64,000 nt of DNA. Source: Octopus sinensis. Lineage: Eukaryota. The stretch lies in the NCBI RefSeq assembly GCF_006345805.1, contig NC_043004.1, forward strand, positions 9,114,001 to 9,178,000, read 5' to 3'. Position numbers and translations under genes: made by a program. Below are positions 40,672 to 54,488 of the stretch, in pieces. The notes below the pieces were generated by a model, which was given only the letters and a program-made list of their open reading frames with translations, was not told the origin of the DNA and searched no databases. Position 1 is the first letter of the stretch. Each line of letters begins with the position of its first letter.

Positions 40672-41205
40672 ATATATATGTATATACGCATGCATGAACG
40701 TGTATATTTATGTGTATATATACATATACGTATTCAGAAAGAAAGAGAGAAAGAGAGAGAGAATGAACGAGAAGGAAAAGAAAGGAGAAGAGGAAAAAGA
40801 GACGGATTAATGACACACACGCACACATATAAAAGAATGGAACAAAAACGCAACAAAGGACAATAAAACATTCGGACAGATAGTCAATACAAAGGCAGAC
40901 AGGAGAAACAACAATTAGGACAGGCTTTCTTTCCTCAGTCAAGTTACCATAAGTCCTTACTGTTTTGGGCAGTTACACTTGAGACGGTTCGATCTGGTTG
41001 CCCTCCCACCCCCACAATATCTAAGCTAAGAGCATTAGATTTTTTGTAAGAAAGTTAGAGATTGTGTACGACAACAAAGACAAAAAAACGGAGAGAACAT
41101 AGTACACAATTACAAATACAAACAACAAGAATATAACAACAGGTGTCTTTCGACTGAGAACGAATTAAATTGAGCTGGCGTGTATGAAGTGAAATCCTAA
41201 TATAC

Positions 41206-41268
<63 letters not shown>

Positions 41269-41272
41269 ATAT

Positions 41273-41495
41273 ATAACTAATGTAGGATAAAATTTTTTTC
41301 GAGAAAAAAATTTTATCAATGGCCAGCATATAAAAAAATACCTTTAAAGGTTAAATTTATAAATAATTTACAAAATAAGGGCAAAAGAAAAATTTTGTAA
41401 ATATTTATAAATTTAACCGTTAAAGGTATTTCTTGATATGCTGGCCATTGATAAAAATTTTTCGAGAAAAATATTTTATCGTACATTAGTTATAA
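41273..41495. repeat. ~220-bp imperfect palindrome (foldback)
   Basis: tataactaatgt...atcaatggccagcat...ttacaaaa mirrored by ttttgtaa...atgctggccattgat...acattagttata. Confidence 0.85.
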
Positions 41496-41671
41496 ATTTA
41501 ATAGTGTTCACTTTCGGATTCTCTCACTCTGTAAAAATTTCTACTTCGAATCACACGTGTCTCAAGATGTGCCGATTTTCTATTTTGGATATATTTGGGG
41601 TACTTAGGTCTGCTCAGGACTTAGTGCTTGCTTTTTCCATTGAGTAAGTATTTCATTTATATCTCACGTAT

Positions 41672-41732
41672 TTATCGCTGAAGAGGGGAAAATTCTTATG
41701 AATTAACCCCGAAAATGAGACCAATACGGTAA
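41672..41732 (+). ncRNA. Near-intact type I hammerhead ribozyme in PLE-like pLTR remnant
   Basis: Stem I TTATCG/CGGTAA. Core CTGAAGA. Stem II GGGG/CCCC with an inner AATTC-TTAT-GAATT hairpin. GAAA. Stem III has one A.A mismatch at 15.2/16.2. AUA triplet. Confidence 0.6.
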
Positions 41733-41873
41733 TAACGGATTTTTTAGAAATTCTATCGGTTTATTTCGAGATGCATAAATTATAATGGTTATTGACAATT
41801 TTGTCTTTTTTTCGGCATATTTGGCATTAGAATTTTTCTTTTGCCCTTATTTTGTAAATTATATATATATATG

Positions 41874-41928
<55 letters not shown>

Positions 41929-44900
41929 GTACAAAGTAAGATAGGGGCTATGGATGTAACCCACTATGGTATATTAATTATCTAATATACTGTTGGTAAA
42001 GTACCCAAATTCTTAATACACAAATGTTTTTAATTGCAATGCAATTAATTCATCTATTGTTTTAAATGGGTGAAGGTAAAGAAATATTTTTACTGTTAAT
42101 GTATAATACAAATAAGAAAATAGAGAAACAAATTCAGTTTGTTCATCAACTTACGGATATTATAATGTTAGATTATTTATTCATTTTACAAATGAATTAG
42201 AGTTTGTTATTATATATATATATATATATATAAATGCATATAAATATATATGCCTGTGCTTGAAAGGTTGATCAAATCATTTACACCATGTGAGGTCGTT
42301 GTAGTGTCTTATATAATCCGTATCCTCTTGTACATATCTAACGAGTTTCTATTTACTTCTGTATTTATCTGTCTGTATGCCAATCTTCATGACCCCCCTC
42401 TCCTCCGCCATTGACTTGCAATGGCTAATCGAATAACAACTAAACATCATAGTATTATCACAATCCTCATCAGTTATCGTTATTTCTACAATTTCGAATT
42501 GATTGAATAATCCGCCAACTCTCCTGACGATCCCTTTAAACACTTTAAGCAGTCCTCCTCGTAATCTTCATTCTTTTTTTTCTTTTTATCATCTTGTTAT
42601 TTTCAAATTAAAAATCTTCTCGTTATCGAATCTGTATTTCAATTGATAACTGTCAAATGAAGTTTGATATTCAATAATAGAGCCTCTCGTTCATCTTGTT
42701 CCTTGCCTACTAAATCTCAACTCGCCCGAAAATAGCCGTTAGTAATCAAGGTCGAGAGGTCAAAACCGAAAAGCATCAATTCCTCTTCACAACCATCCAC
42801 TCATTCTTTCTACTTTCATTATCTCTCCCCCTCCTTCCATCCTCCCCTTCTCTCTCTCTTTCTATCATTCCTATCCTTCCCCCTTTTTCACATCTTTCCT
42901 TTCTTCATTTATTTGTTTATTTCATTCAGTCTTTCAGTCATTCTTTTCTCCCATTCTCTCCAGCTCTCTCTCTCTCTCTCTCTCTTCTCTTTTTCCCCTT
43001 CTCCTGCCTTCTCGCAAATGAGTAGCGTATAAATACTAACACTTATTAACATATTTCGTACGCCGTCGGCTTTTTCCGGTATGCTGATCGTCAGCTTCCG
43101 AAGAATTCGCTACTTAACGGTCAGACAAATTTCCTGTGCTAGTTGGCCGTTTACAATAGCGTTTAGAAGGAAAGGATGGAGCAGCCATTGTCTGGCTGGA
43201 GGTTTGACGGCATGTCATCGTTAGCTTAGACACAATGTGTCTGTCAATTGTTGCAGGAAGAATTCACTTCAATACACTGTCGGTTGTTCTGTTCAGTTAA
43301 AGTGCCAGGAAACCAGAAACTGCCCGAAACAATTTTTTCTTGCTTAGCCACCCTACACCCATGCTCACACCCGTTTGAAACCCCCAAGAGCATGTTAGTT
43401 ATTACAATATTAAGATTTTAAAAGGAAGAAGGAGGAGAATAACAATAACAACAACGACAACAACAACGACATCGGCGTTAGTTTTCGTTGCTGTTTTTCA
43501 TGGAAGGGAAAAACAGAGAGTGAGAGAAAGAGAAGGAAAGAGAAAAAGAGTGATGGAGAGAGAGAGAGAGAGAGAGAATGATAGAGAGTATGTTAGTGTG
43601 TGTGTGTGAGTGTGTGTGTGAGAGAGAGAGAGAATATGTGGCGGTAGGAGTATGTCCGAGAATCAGTGTGGGTGAGTCTGAGAGTGTGTGCGAGAGTGAG
43701 TGGGGGTGAATGAGGGATTGAGTTTGTGGGTGAGCGAGTCGGTGTGTGAGGGTGGGTGAGGATTTGAGTGGCCATGTACCTGAGTGAGAGTGTAACAGAA
43801 GGACGAGGTGAAGGAAGGAATGGATGGTTGTTCGATCTGCTAGAAATTGTGGCCAAATCTCATTTAAAACACCCCCTCCTACATCGTGCAAAAGTTATAG
43901 CACATTGGCTAATATATTCCAAGGTACACTAATCCGGGGTGGGTGGGTGACTAGTGGTACAGCTATGGTTTGAATGTTTTCGATGATAGGTCTTCTCGAT
44001 GAAGGCAGACCCAGAATCAAAAATGATGAGTGATGATGGCTTGAAAGATTTTCATTATAAACCAGAATGGTCACCGTCATCTTGGGCTAAGTTACTAAAA
44101 TCAAAAGTTTCACTTTAATTTCGAGGTGAAACATTGATTGGAGTCAGTATTTGATGTAGTCTATATCGAATCCAATCTATATCGATTGATTAAGCGTTTG
44201 CTAAGTAATATTGTCATGAAGTCGAATATTTTGTCTTTGAATTATGCTGTACCAGCACATTCATGTTGACAACATCTAAGACTTCTTTTGTTCCAATTAA
44301 AATTCTTCGTCTAAAATTTACTTCTTTTATTGATTAAAAAAAACATTTTACCGGTGAAATGCTGTTGTAAGTTGTACAAGATGTTTATTCTGGGAACTAC
44401 TGTACGTTAGTTGTATTATTAGAACGTGGAGTTAAATGCCTTGCGATATTTGTTCCGTCATACTGTCTGCTTACTTCAAATCCAGCATTGAATAATGCTA
44501 ATTATATATTTTTTCTTAATTCAAATCCTGGAATTGGTTTAGTGATATAACCCCTCCCCAAAAGACTTGACTTTGTGCTCGTGCTCCAAATATTTATTGA
44601 TGTTAGGCTTATAGATTTGTTAGCGCGTTGAGCAAAAGAGAATTTCTGCAATTTGTTCCATTCTGAATTTGATATCAAATCCAATCAAGGTCCACAATTT
44701 CTATCAGTAAAAGAAAATGTCTGTTTACTTAGTAAGACATTTAGCACTTCGGCATCTACGATGAAGGTTGTGCTTTGCTGACGAAATCAGATCGAAACAC
44801 TTTTTAAAAATATGTTTAATTGTTCATAATTATTTCTTGTCAACATTTTAAAACTCCTTGCATTAAACATTTTAACACTAACTTAACTAATTGTTGTTTA

Positions 44901-45834
44901 TACGGTCGAGGCCACTGGATTATTTTACTTGTAGGTCTTTATTAATCAATCAGTCAATTAATTAATTGATATTATGCATATCTACATTCTGTCTTTAATT
45001 TGTCCTTTGTTTCTTTTTTTTTTATCTCTCTCCGCTGTTTTTATAATTACAACTTTATATTTGCTGGGCTCTGATCGACTGAGTTAGTTACTGTAGCTGT
45101 CAAAGCGGAGGCACACGGAAAGGCATTCGTGTAAAGTTCAAAAGACGCCATTCACAGCCCAAAACAAATTCATATCTACACAAGTCTAAACGGAGAATTT
45201 TTCTCTCGCAGGGTTATTCATGCAGTGGTAGGTCTTGACACGACCGAATACAATTGAACGTGTTAAACATGACTTTATATATCTGTATATATATATATAT
45301 ATATACACATTCATACATACATACATGCATACATGCATACATACATGCATACATACATATATATATATATATACATACATATATGCATACGTAATACATA
45401 CGTGTATACTTGCATATATATAAACACGCGCGCACACACAAATACACACACACATCCACTCTCTCTCACACACACACACATATACTTACACAAGCATACA
45501 CAAATTCGTACATATATATTGTTTCGTTTCTTTCCGTCTTTTTATCATCCTTCTCTTTTCGTCTTCTCTTTTCATTCATTAATTTATTCCCTCATTCACT
45601 TATCTCTTCTTTCTTCCCCTTCTATTTATCTGTTCTCCTACACGCTACACACACACACACACGCACACACACACACACACACACACATAACGCTTTACTA
45701 AACTCCACGTTGTTCCATTATCCCAATATAACAGACAACTCACGAAAACACGCAGTCATCACTTTTTGTTATATTTTACTGGCGGCCGAGCCAAGTTGTT
45801 TTTCGTCAAGCAGAAACAATACGCCATAATGAAT

Positions 45835-45951
<117 letters not shown>

Positions 45952-46164
45952 ACAACAACAACTTGATGGCAATGGTTTGTAGCGAGGGCGGTCGGTGGTG
46001 GGAGAGATTGAGGTAAATGATGACGACGACGATGACGGTGATGATGATGATAATAAGGAGGAGGAAGAGGAGGATGGTGATGAAGGTTTTGGTAACGCTG
46101 GTCATGATTATGATAGTGATGCTGGTGATTGTGATGACAGTAGTTGAGGATGATGATGATGATG

Positions 46165-46195
<31 letters not shown>

Positions 46196-46982
46196 GGACG
46201 TTTTTGATAGTAATGGCCATGATGATGATAATAATGATGCTGGTGGCGGAGGCAGCGCACGGGATGGTTATGATGATGTGATGAAGTTTTTCATAATAAT
46301 GGTGGTGGTGGTGATGGTGGTGGTAGCGCAGATGATCGTTATAAAGAAGGAGAGAGAGGAGAGAAAGGAGAGAAAGGAGAAAGAGGAAAAAGAGAGGTGA
46401 AGGTAGAAACAGAGGGAGATAGAGGTCGCGTTAGAAAATGGCCGTATCTATGACTAGCTATCATCTCCATCCTCTTACGACTGATCGTATTAGCGGTTGA
46501 GAGGAGAGTTTTTGCGCCAAAAAAAAAACTCTCAACAAATAACTAAAAACAATGACGAAAACAACTGCAGCAAACAAACAAACAAAAATACATATACAAA
46601 AGAGTAGGTTAAACACCCTTATTTAATTAGCGGCTGATTTGAATCGTAATTGAAGCTTTCACGTAAGAACGGATTCGCCTGAGACCTTAAAAACAAGAGA
46701 CGAGATGATAAAGATGAGGAAGAGAGAGCCGCGCGTTTACGCTACAGTTAATATAATACAAAATCTGATTGCTACATAGCTCCAGACCATAATATTATTA
46801 TGAATTTACATTCTGCTATTCTTTCTTGGTAATAAACAATTTTTGTTCTCTCTCTCTCTCTCTCTCTCTCTCCCTCCCCTCCCCCTCTTTCTTCCTTTCT
46901 TTCACTCTTTCTTTCTTTCTTTCTTTTTTCTTTCTTTCTTTCTTTCTTTCATTCTTTCTTTCTTTCTTTCTTTCTTTCTTCA

Positions 46983-47013
<31 letters not shown>

Positions 47014-47207
47014 TTCCTTTCTTTCGCTCTTTCTTTCTCTCCTTTTCTCTGTCTTTTTCCTTTCCCTCCCACCCCTCTCTCTTTGTTGAAACCGACATTT
47101 TTCGCGATCACAGTTTCACTATTCCCCTCTCTCTCCCTCCCTCTCTTTCTCTTTCTCACTCTTTCTTTCTTTCTTTCTCTACATCTCCCTCTTTATATAC
47201 ATATACG

Positions 47208-47239
<32 letters not shown>

Positions 47240-47821
47240 TACGCACACAACATAATATATGTGTATGTATATGCATATGTATGTATACTTTTTACTCTTT
47301 CGGTCTCTATAAATATCTTTTTCTCAACGTGTATACACACACACACACACACACACACATACACACACATCTTTATCTCTCTCTCTTTCTCTCAATCTGT
47401 CTATCTTGATCTCTATCTCTTTCTCAGTCTTTCTCTCTACGCACTCATATATATTTGTGCGTACACAAACACACATACACATACGCACGCACACATATAC
47501 ATCAGTGTGTGTGTGCGTATGTATGCGTGTTTGTGTGTGTGTAAACATGTGTGTATGTCTCTCTATGTGCCACTGTGTTTGTGTGCGTATGCGCGAATTC
47601 GTTAATCGCTTTTCTCTCTTTTCCTCCCACTCCCGTTCTCCTTCTCCTCCCTCTCTCTCTCTCTCCTTATTCCTCCCTCCCTCTGTCTCTCTCACCTCCC
47701 ACCGCCACTCTCCTGCTTCCCCGTCCCTTGTTTTATGTTCTATCGACCTTTAAGACGTGTTTAATGAATATAAGAAATAGAATAAGTGAACATTTGGCAC
47801 TAACCCCAACCCCCCCACCTC

Positions 47822-47853
<32 letters not shown>

Positions 47854-48399
47854 AACACACACAAGAACGCATACGCACACACGCACACGCACAAACACAT
47901 ACAGGTTGTCATAGACAAATCACACCGACACAAGCAAACACCTTTGCAAAAAGACACATGTAAACACACACACACATACACTCATACGTTATGCCGAGGA
48001 ATAACACGCATAAAGCGAATTTGTGAGCTTATGTGGAATGGATAAGCAATATATATATATAGAGAGAGAGAGTGAGAGAGAGGGGGGAGGGAGAGAGATG
48101 GGGAGAAGCACAAAGAGAGAGAAGAGTGAGATGGGGAGAGAAATACAAAGTGAGAGAGAGAGGAGAGAGATGGGGAGGGAAATACAAAGAAAGAGAGAGG
48201 AGGACAGAGATGGGGAGAGAAGCACAAAGAGAGAGAGAAAGAGAGAGGATATAAAGAAAATGAGAGAGAGAGAGGGACAGGGAGAGAGAGAGGGACAGGG
48301 AGAGAGAGAGAGATGTAAACAAGTTGAAATGGAAATATATTTAATATCAAGTATTTTCAGAGAACGATCAAATAGTATACTTCTTGTTATGACTATAAT

Positions 48400-48434
<35 letters not shown>

Positions 48435-48574
48435 TAATAATAATAATAATAATAGTCCTTTCTACTACTGACAGAAAGTCTGAAATTTTGGGGGAGAAGA
48501 TGAGTCGATTACATTGACCCCATTGTTCAATTGATATTTATTTTATCGATCCCGAAAGGATGATAGGCAATCAT

Positions 48575-49800
48575 GCCTGGTCTTTTCGCCTCAACAGTAT
48601 GGTCAATCTTTACGGCGTTGTCCCACAAGATCTTGTTATCCTCACTTTTTTTTTCATAGCCTCCGGTTCTTGTTCATACCACTTTTCTGTTGTTTTGAAG
48701 TCACATACATGAGTAACAACAACCCAATGCATTCTTTTGCCTACACAGTCATGTCTGCGTTGATACTCGTTTTGTGCTAGTATACTGCACTCACCCAAAA
48801 TGTGAGTCCTTTCCTGCAGATTCCACATTTTCTGTCTGACTGAATTTTATCGATCATTGCAATTTATCAGGTTCATTCTAAGGGCTTGTTTTTGATCGGT
48901 ATAATTAGTGTTTCAAGTCCCTGTCTGTTAACCAGAGTCAGCGACCTTTACTTCTGACATTCTCGTTTTTTTTTGCGCGCGAATTGGCCATCTGTTTGCT
49001 ATGATGTTTCTCTTTGAATTCTCCTACTGTTTCGGTCATTTTGGGGGATGCATTTCCCTCGTTGCCGATATATTCGCTCTTTACTCTGCAGATCATAATT
49101 TTTCAGACTCAGTATCGCAGTAGTAACAGGGTCTTCTGCGTTCAGTAATCCTCTACATCGTTCCGCTCTTGGTAGGTATTACTTTCAGGATGAAGCGCAT
49201 TGTGCATTGTCAGTCGCTTTCTAGTTCTTCTATCCAAGTTCTGCCGTTCGACTTTTCTCCATTTCAGAAAGGGAGCAGAGTATCTCAGTACATGCATTGC
49301 CCACGTATTTATGGCTTTAATACTGTTTCTGCCATTTAATTTTGCTTCAATTATCTTCAGGATTCTGCTCTTGTATTCATAAGTGGACTTTCTCTCTCAT
49401 TTCTCCTTCCAAAATCCTATCGCCTTACAATACTCCTAGATATTTGTAACCCTCATTATTCCACAGCGATCGAACGATATTGTCGTGTGGTAACATTTCG
49501 ATATCAGAGTTTATCTCTCGGCCTCTCTTCATAATTAGTACTGCGCGTTTATTTACTCCAAACTGCATTCCAGTATCTTTACTGAATACTCGCACAGTTT
49601 GCATCAAAGAGTCATGGTCTGCCTCACTTTTTTCTATTATAGCTTGAGGTTATCCATATAATGTAGGTTTTTTCTTCTCATCTTGGATTTGTTAATCTCA
49701 TAGGCAGGGTCTGGATTTCCTTAACATACTTGTCAGAGGGATTATTGCTATGACAAAGAGTAACGGAGAGAGCGAATCTCTTTAGAAAATGCCCCTGCAT
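48575..49800 (-). mobile_element. R4/Dong-like fragment (RT C-terminus to REL), decayed
   Basis: YMDNLKL, GMQFGVNKRA, YKYLGV, HILGEC...YQRRHD, WYEQEPE, ILWDN...KRP. Confidence 0.8.
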
Positions 49801-49804
49801 ATTT

Positions 49805-50325
49805 TTACATTGCCTGGTAGTTCCTTGTAGGTAGGCATTGATCTTGAGCTGCTATGATAAACCCTTCTGTTTCAGATTTTAAGTCAGAGGCCATTAGCCA
49901 TTGATGGGTCAGGGCTTTGTCAACATCTGCATTATTCGCTCTCTTTAGGTATTTGCCATTGAGAGGTTTTTCTTGCCATTTATCATTCAGAATATCTAAG
50001 GCAGCAGTTTTAGCACTGGTTTTCATGCGCTTAGCTTTTTCTGTGCTTGTTTCTTGTACGTCAAATTCCGAAATTTGTTGTATTCGGAATTCACTTAGAT
50101 ATTCCTTTGCTTGTTTTGTTACTGAGTATGATGTTTTCTTGTTTTCATGTTTTGAGACAAGTTTTAACATCCAGTCCCCAGAGTTCTTCAGGTAGGTGTC
50201 TAGGCCAATTGTAGCAATCTTCATTGTTATTGCCAGTTGTAAAAGTCCACCGCCTCCCTCTTTTCTTGGCAGATAAAGTTCGTTCTATATCTGCCTTAGG
50301 GTGGTGCATTCTGTGCATTGTCAAC
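49805..50325 (-). mobile_element. R4/Dong-like fragment of a different lineage, abutting (ATT)n
   Basis: ORF 49805-50224 with WQEKPLNGKY and ETEGFIIAAQDQCLPTRNYQA, resembling the 56.2-56.6 kb segment. Confidence 0.8.
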
Positions 50326-50353
50326 AGTTTTATTATTATTATTATTATTATTA

Positions 50354-50389
<36 letters not shown>

Positions 50390-50403
50390 CATTATTATTA
50401 TCA

Positions 50404-50451
<48 letters not shown>

Positions 50452-50465
50452 CATTATTATTATCA

Positions 50466-50525
<60 letters not shown>

Positions 50526-50553
50526 CATTTTATTATTATTATTATTATTATTA

Positions 50554-50590
<37 letters not shown>

Positions 50591-51148
50591 GAGTGAGAGA
50601 GCAGTTCATGCCATCAAAGTGACACTGGGATAAAATATACGAAGCCCAATATACCCATCATGACTACCCATCTGATAAAGGTACACCAGGCACATGCATC
50701 ACAACCATATGTGCGCGACATGGTGATCTCATATTAAGATAAACAGCACCTGACCTTGCAGGTGGGGCCCAGTTAGAATTTTCTTCAGGTTGAGTAGCCC
50801 ATCCCGCTCAAACGGTCCCTGAATAAGGGTTGTTTAAGGATGTTGAAAGAACCACCCATGTTTCCAGAGGTGAACTATTCAAGCCCCAAAGAATTCCTCT
50901 CAACACATGGCTATGATGCTCCCCTACTACTTCTGCTCGTGATCAGAGATGCACATATCGTCAGCCACTAAGGGACATGCTCAACTGGTTAAGGTCAAAC
51001 AACTGACAAGCAAATCTGTGGTATTGAGCAGAATATTTGCTGTAGCCCATCTTTTATACCAAGACAAAACAATGTACATGATGACACTTCCAATCAGTTA
51101 AGATCAGAAGCCATGAGAGCCACTGCCTGGTACTGCATCAGGGCATTT
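50591..51148 (-). mobile_element. ~550-bp non-autonomous element in (TAA)n, copy 2
   Basis: Colinear with 39303-39846 and flanked by (ATT)n. No long ORF. Confidence 0.85.
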
Positions 51149-51193
51149 ATTATTATTATTATTATTATTTTATTATTATTATTATTATTATTA

Positions 51194-51225
<32 letters not shown>

Positions 51226-51249
51226 TATTATTATTATTATTTATTGTCT

Positions 51250-51650
51250 TTTCATAGCTTCTAACGCTAGAAATGTACTACGGTGTCAGCTGTTCACTAC
51301 CAGTAAACTAAGGTAACACCACTTATTTTTCGAGCACCATCCGGAATTTTTCAGGCGGTTCCAAGCAGTGCTGTTTTCTGCAAGTGCTCTAGCTTTATTA
51401 CAGCCCCTATTTGTTCCATGTACTTCTCAAGATTTTTGTTCACTCTTCCCAGGGCTCTGACAATTATTGGTACTGCTGCTACCTGTTTTATCGATCACAG
51501 CTGCTTAACCTCCCAAGCTAACCTGCCATGTCGTCTTTTCTTCCTTCCTTGTCAGCTGGTCATGCTAAATCTATGATCCAGCATAATTTGCTTTCTTTCT
51601 CAATTAACACTATATCTGATTTCCTGTTCTCTATCTCATAGGATTGTTAT
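51250..51650 (-). mobile_element. R4/Dong-like 3' fragment (REL domain end) between (ATT)n arrays
   Basis: Reverse translation gives RKSDIVLIEKESKLCWIIDLA and VPIIVRALGRVNKNLEKYMEQIG...LQKTALLGTA. Confidence 0.72.
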
Positions 51651-51702
51651 AATTACTATTATTATTATTATTATTATTATTATATTATTATTATTATTAT
51701 TA

Positions 51703-51742
<40 letters not shown>

Positions 51743-51764
51743 GCTGCTGTTGTTGTTGTTGTTG

Positions 51765-51804
<40 letters not shown>

Positions 51805-52085
51805 CATGTGAAAACTCACAGCTTATTTTGTTGGGTATGATGGAAAGTGTCAAGCTGTCCACAGCCAGCAGACTAAGGCGACACTTGTTTACTGGTCATG
51901 CTTCTGCGAAGAATTCTTGCAGTTCCAAGCAATGCTGATTTTTGTAGGTGTTCTCCCTTCACACTTGCACCAATCTTTTTCAGCCATGCTGGTAGTTGAG
52001 CGCTGATACATCTAAGTGCACCAATTACTATCGCTATCACGTCTACTCACTTCATTCACCACAACCTTCGTATTTCCCACTTTAA
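51805..52085 (-). mobile_element. R4/Dong-like extreme 3' end
   Basis: ALLGTARILRR-type terminal motif, then a short 3'UTR running into (TAA)n. Confidence 0.65.
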
Positions 52086-52089
52086 ATCG

Positions 52090-52121
<32 letters not shown>

Positions 52122-52149
52122 GTTGTTGTTGTTGTTGTTGTTGTTGTTA

Positions 52150-52720
52150 TTATTATTTTCTCTTTATCATAGGCTATGTAGGAGCTCCTAGAGCCTTGCA
52201 TTCGTAGAGGGCTTACTACCTGAAGCCTACGGTACCATGCTATTTCTTCTTTTCAGCTATCTAATATTTTCCTGATTACTTTGGCCATGCCAGGGAGGCA
52301 AACCTTTTGCCTAACAGTTCTACTGGGTGCTCTATTCCAGTTTCCTTTATATTCCTCTTAATGCCTTGATATTGTTCCCAAGGACCCCAAATTAATTAGC
52401 CCTCTCTTCACCTTCCTCATTTTCCATAGCCGAGCTATTTCGTACATAAGAGGATTGTATCTGTCTATTTTTTCGCCTTCCTTCTTGACTATTCATGGGT
52501 TAAAGGGCATGCAACATTAACTGTATAGCGTATGTGGTGCACCGTGTCCACCACTATTAGGTCCAGTATGTTATGCTCTAGAACCTAATCTGTTTGGCTT
52601 GAGAAATCCCACAGAATTTTGCAAGTCTCCGACTCTGCCACTCTCTGCTGTTTGTGCTCATACCACGTCTTGCCTCTCTCTAGCCCCTACTTTTCGCACA
52701 GTTTCCAATGAAGCACTTTC
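52150..52720 (-). mobile_element. R4/Dong-like REL domain + 3'UTR
   Basis: LHWKLCEK..WYEH..ILWDFSSQTD..EHN, EKIDRYNPL, VIRKILDS*. Tail runs into (TAA/CAA)n. Confidence 0.72.
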
Positions 52721-53023
52721 GCTACCTGGTCGTGTCATCACAACTTGTAGTGGATTTGGACAAGTCTAGGGCATTCGTTTTTGATATGGGCAATGGTTTC
52801 ATCCACGCTAATACAAATGCGCCCCAGTGGAAACATTTGCTTATTCTGCAGCAGTTAAGTAAAAAAAATAAAATCATCTGAATTATACTTTCGGTAGGAT
52901 TAGCTCCCACCTCAGTAGCTATTAGCGATCATTCTCACTTCAATGAAATGGTGCAATGAGGCATCGTGAAATGAAGTGTCTTTCTCAATGACGCAATAAT
53001 TATCTGCCCCCCCCCCACATACA

Positions 53024-53061
<38 letters not shown>

Positions 53062-53109
53062 TGTGTGTGTGTGTATGTGTGTGTGTGTGTGTGTAATTAT
53101 ATAAATATA

Positions 53110-53420
53110 TTCCCTGGCAATCTGCTGGCTACGCCGATGAGTGTCCCAGTTGATCCGATCAACCGAACAGCCGCCTGCTCGTAAAATTGACGTGCAAATC
53201 ACAGCACTCCCCCAAACTCGTGTACCCATAACGTAGTTCCCAGGAAAGGTCTGTGTAAAATATAATGTGATAAGACTGGCCTTTTGAAGTACAGGTACAT
53301 TTGTGTGGACTGGAGCAATGTTGAATAAAGTGTCGTGCTCAAGGACAAAACGCTTTGCCGTGTATCGAACCCACTATCGTGAGCTGAATAAGCTAACCCC
53401 TGAGCCAGGCACTTTCACGT
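53110..53420 (-). mobile_element. Diverged tRNA-derived SINE (family D)
   Basis: Reverse strand has ggttcgat B-box-like motif followed by ccttgagcacgacacttt core-like motif. Confidence 0.5.
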
Positions 53421-53427
53421 ATAATCT

Positions 53428-53504
<77 letters not shown>

Positions 53505-54428
53505 CATATATACATATATAGTATGTTTGTCTAATTACATATCTTTAAACTATATCCAAATACACACTTGTGTGCATACACACACAAATGCACACACATC
53601 AAATGACAGATTTAGTTTATAACCCATCTCTTCCGTTATATATATATGCGTATATATATATATATATATGCGCGTGTGTGTGTGTGTGTACATAAGTGTG
53701 TGCACACACATACTCTCTCTTTCTCTTACGCATAAATACTTTCCTCTCACACAGCAGACAGCTTCACAGTTATAGCAACATGCATGGCTACACGGTTACA
53801 CAGCCATATATCTTTGAAAGTATTCACCTCTCATCTGTTCGAAGCGTCTTTGCAAAAGAAAGGCTTCCTTCGTCATAGCTGGCAGCTGTTGTTTCAGTGT
53901 AGCATACTTCAAAGTGCGTAACAGGCCATATTAAGCGGAGCAAACAGTAAGATGACACGACCAAAGCAACACTTGGAAAGCTGATATAAAAATAATATTT
54001 ATTATAGCGACAGCAGCGTCTCCATCTTCTCTTTATATGGGATGTATTTATCGTTGTGTTGTTTATGCATATGGAGATGTGATGTTGATTCTCTCCAGCT
54101 ATCATTACTGATGCAGTTATTGTTGCTGCTTCTGTCTTTCATTTATTTATTTTTTGTTGCAAATATATATTTTCAATATATTCTTATAACTCTGTTGGTG
54201 GGGAAAGCGCTGTTGGTGATTGTGATGTAGATGTGTTTATTTATTTATTTATTTATTGTTCGGAGCTGGCGGAGGGGGTTGTGACGATACGGAAGGGCTT
54301 TGTTGTTATTCTTCAGGTTTCTTTTTTTTAATTATGCTTATGATCCCCTTCTGGAAAATCAAAGTAATAACAAAAATGATTGCAACAACAACAACAAACA
54401 ACAATAACAACGAATAATAATAGTAATG

Positions 54429-54488
<60 letters not shown>

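Noticed and set aside
42400-42500. Minus-strand CTGATGAGG...CC with a nearby hairpin
   Set aside because: Lacks the GAAA half of the core.
44776-44805. CTGACGA-AATCAGATC-GAAACAC
   Set aside because: Stem II is too short, and there is no NUH triplet or stem I.
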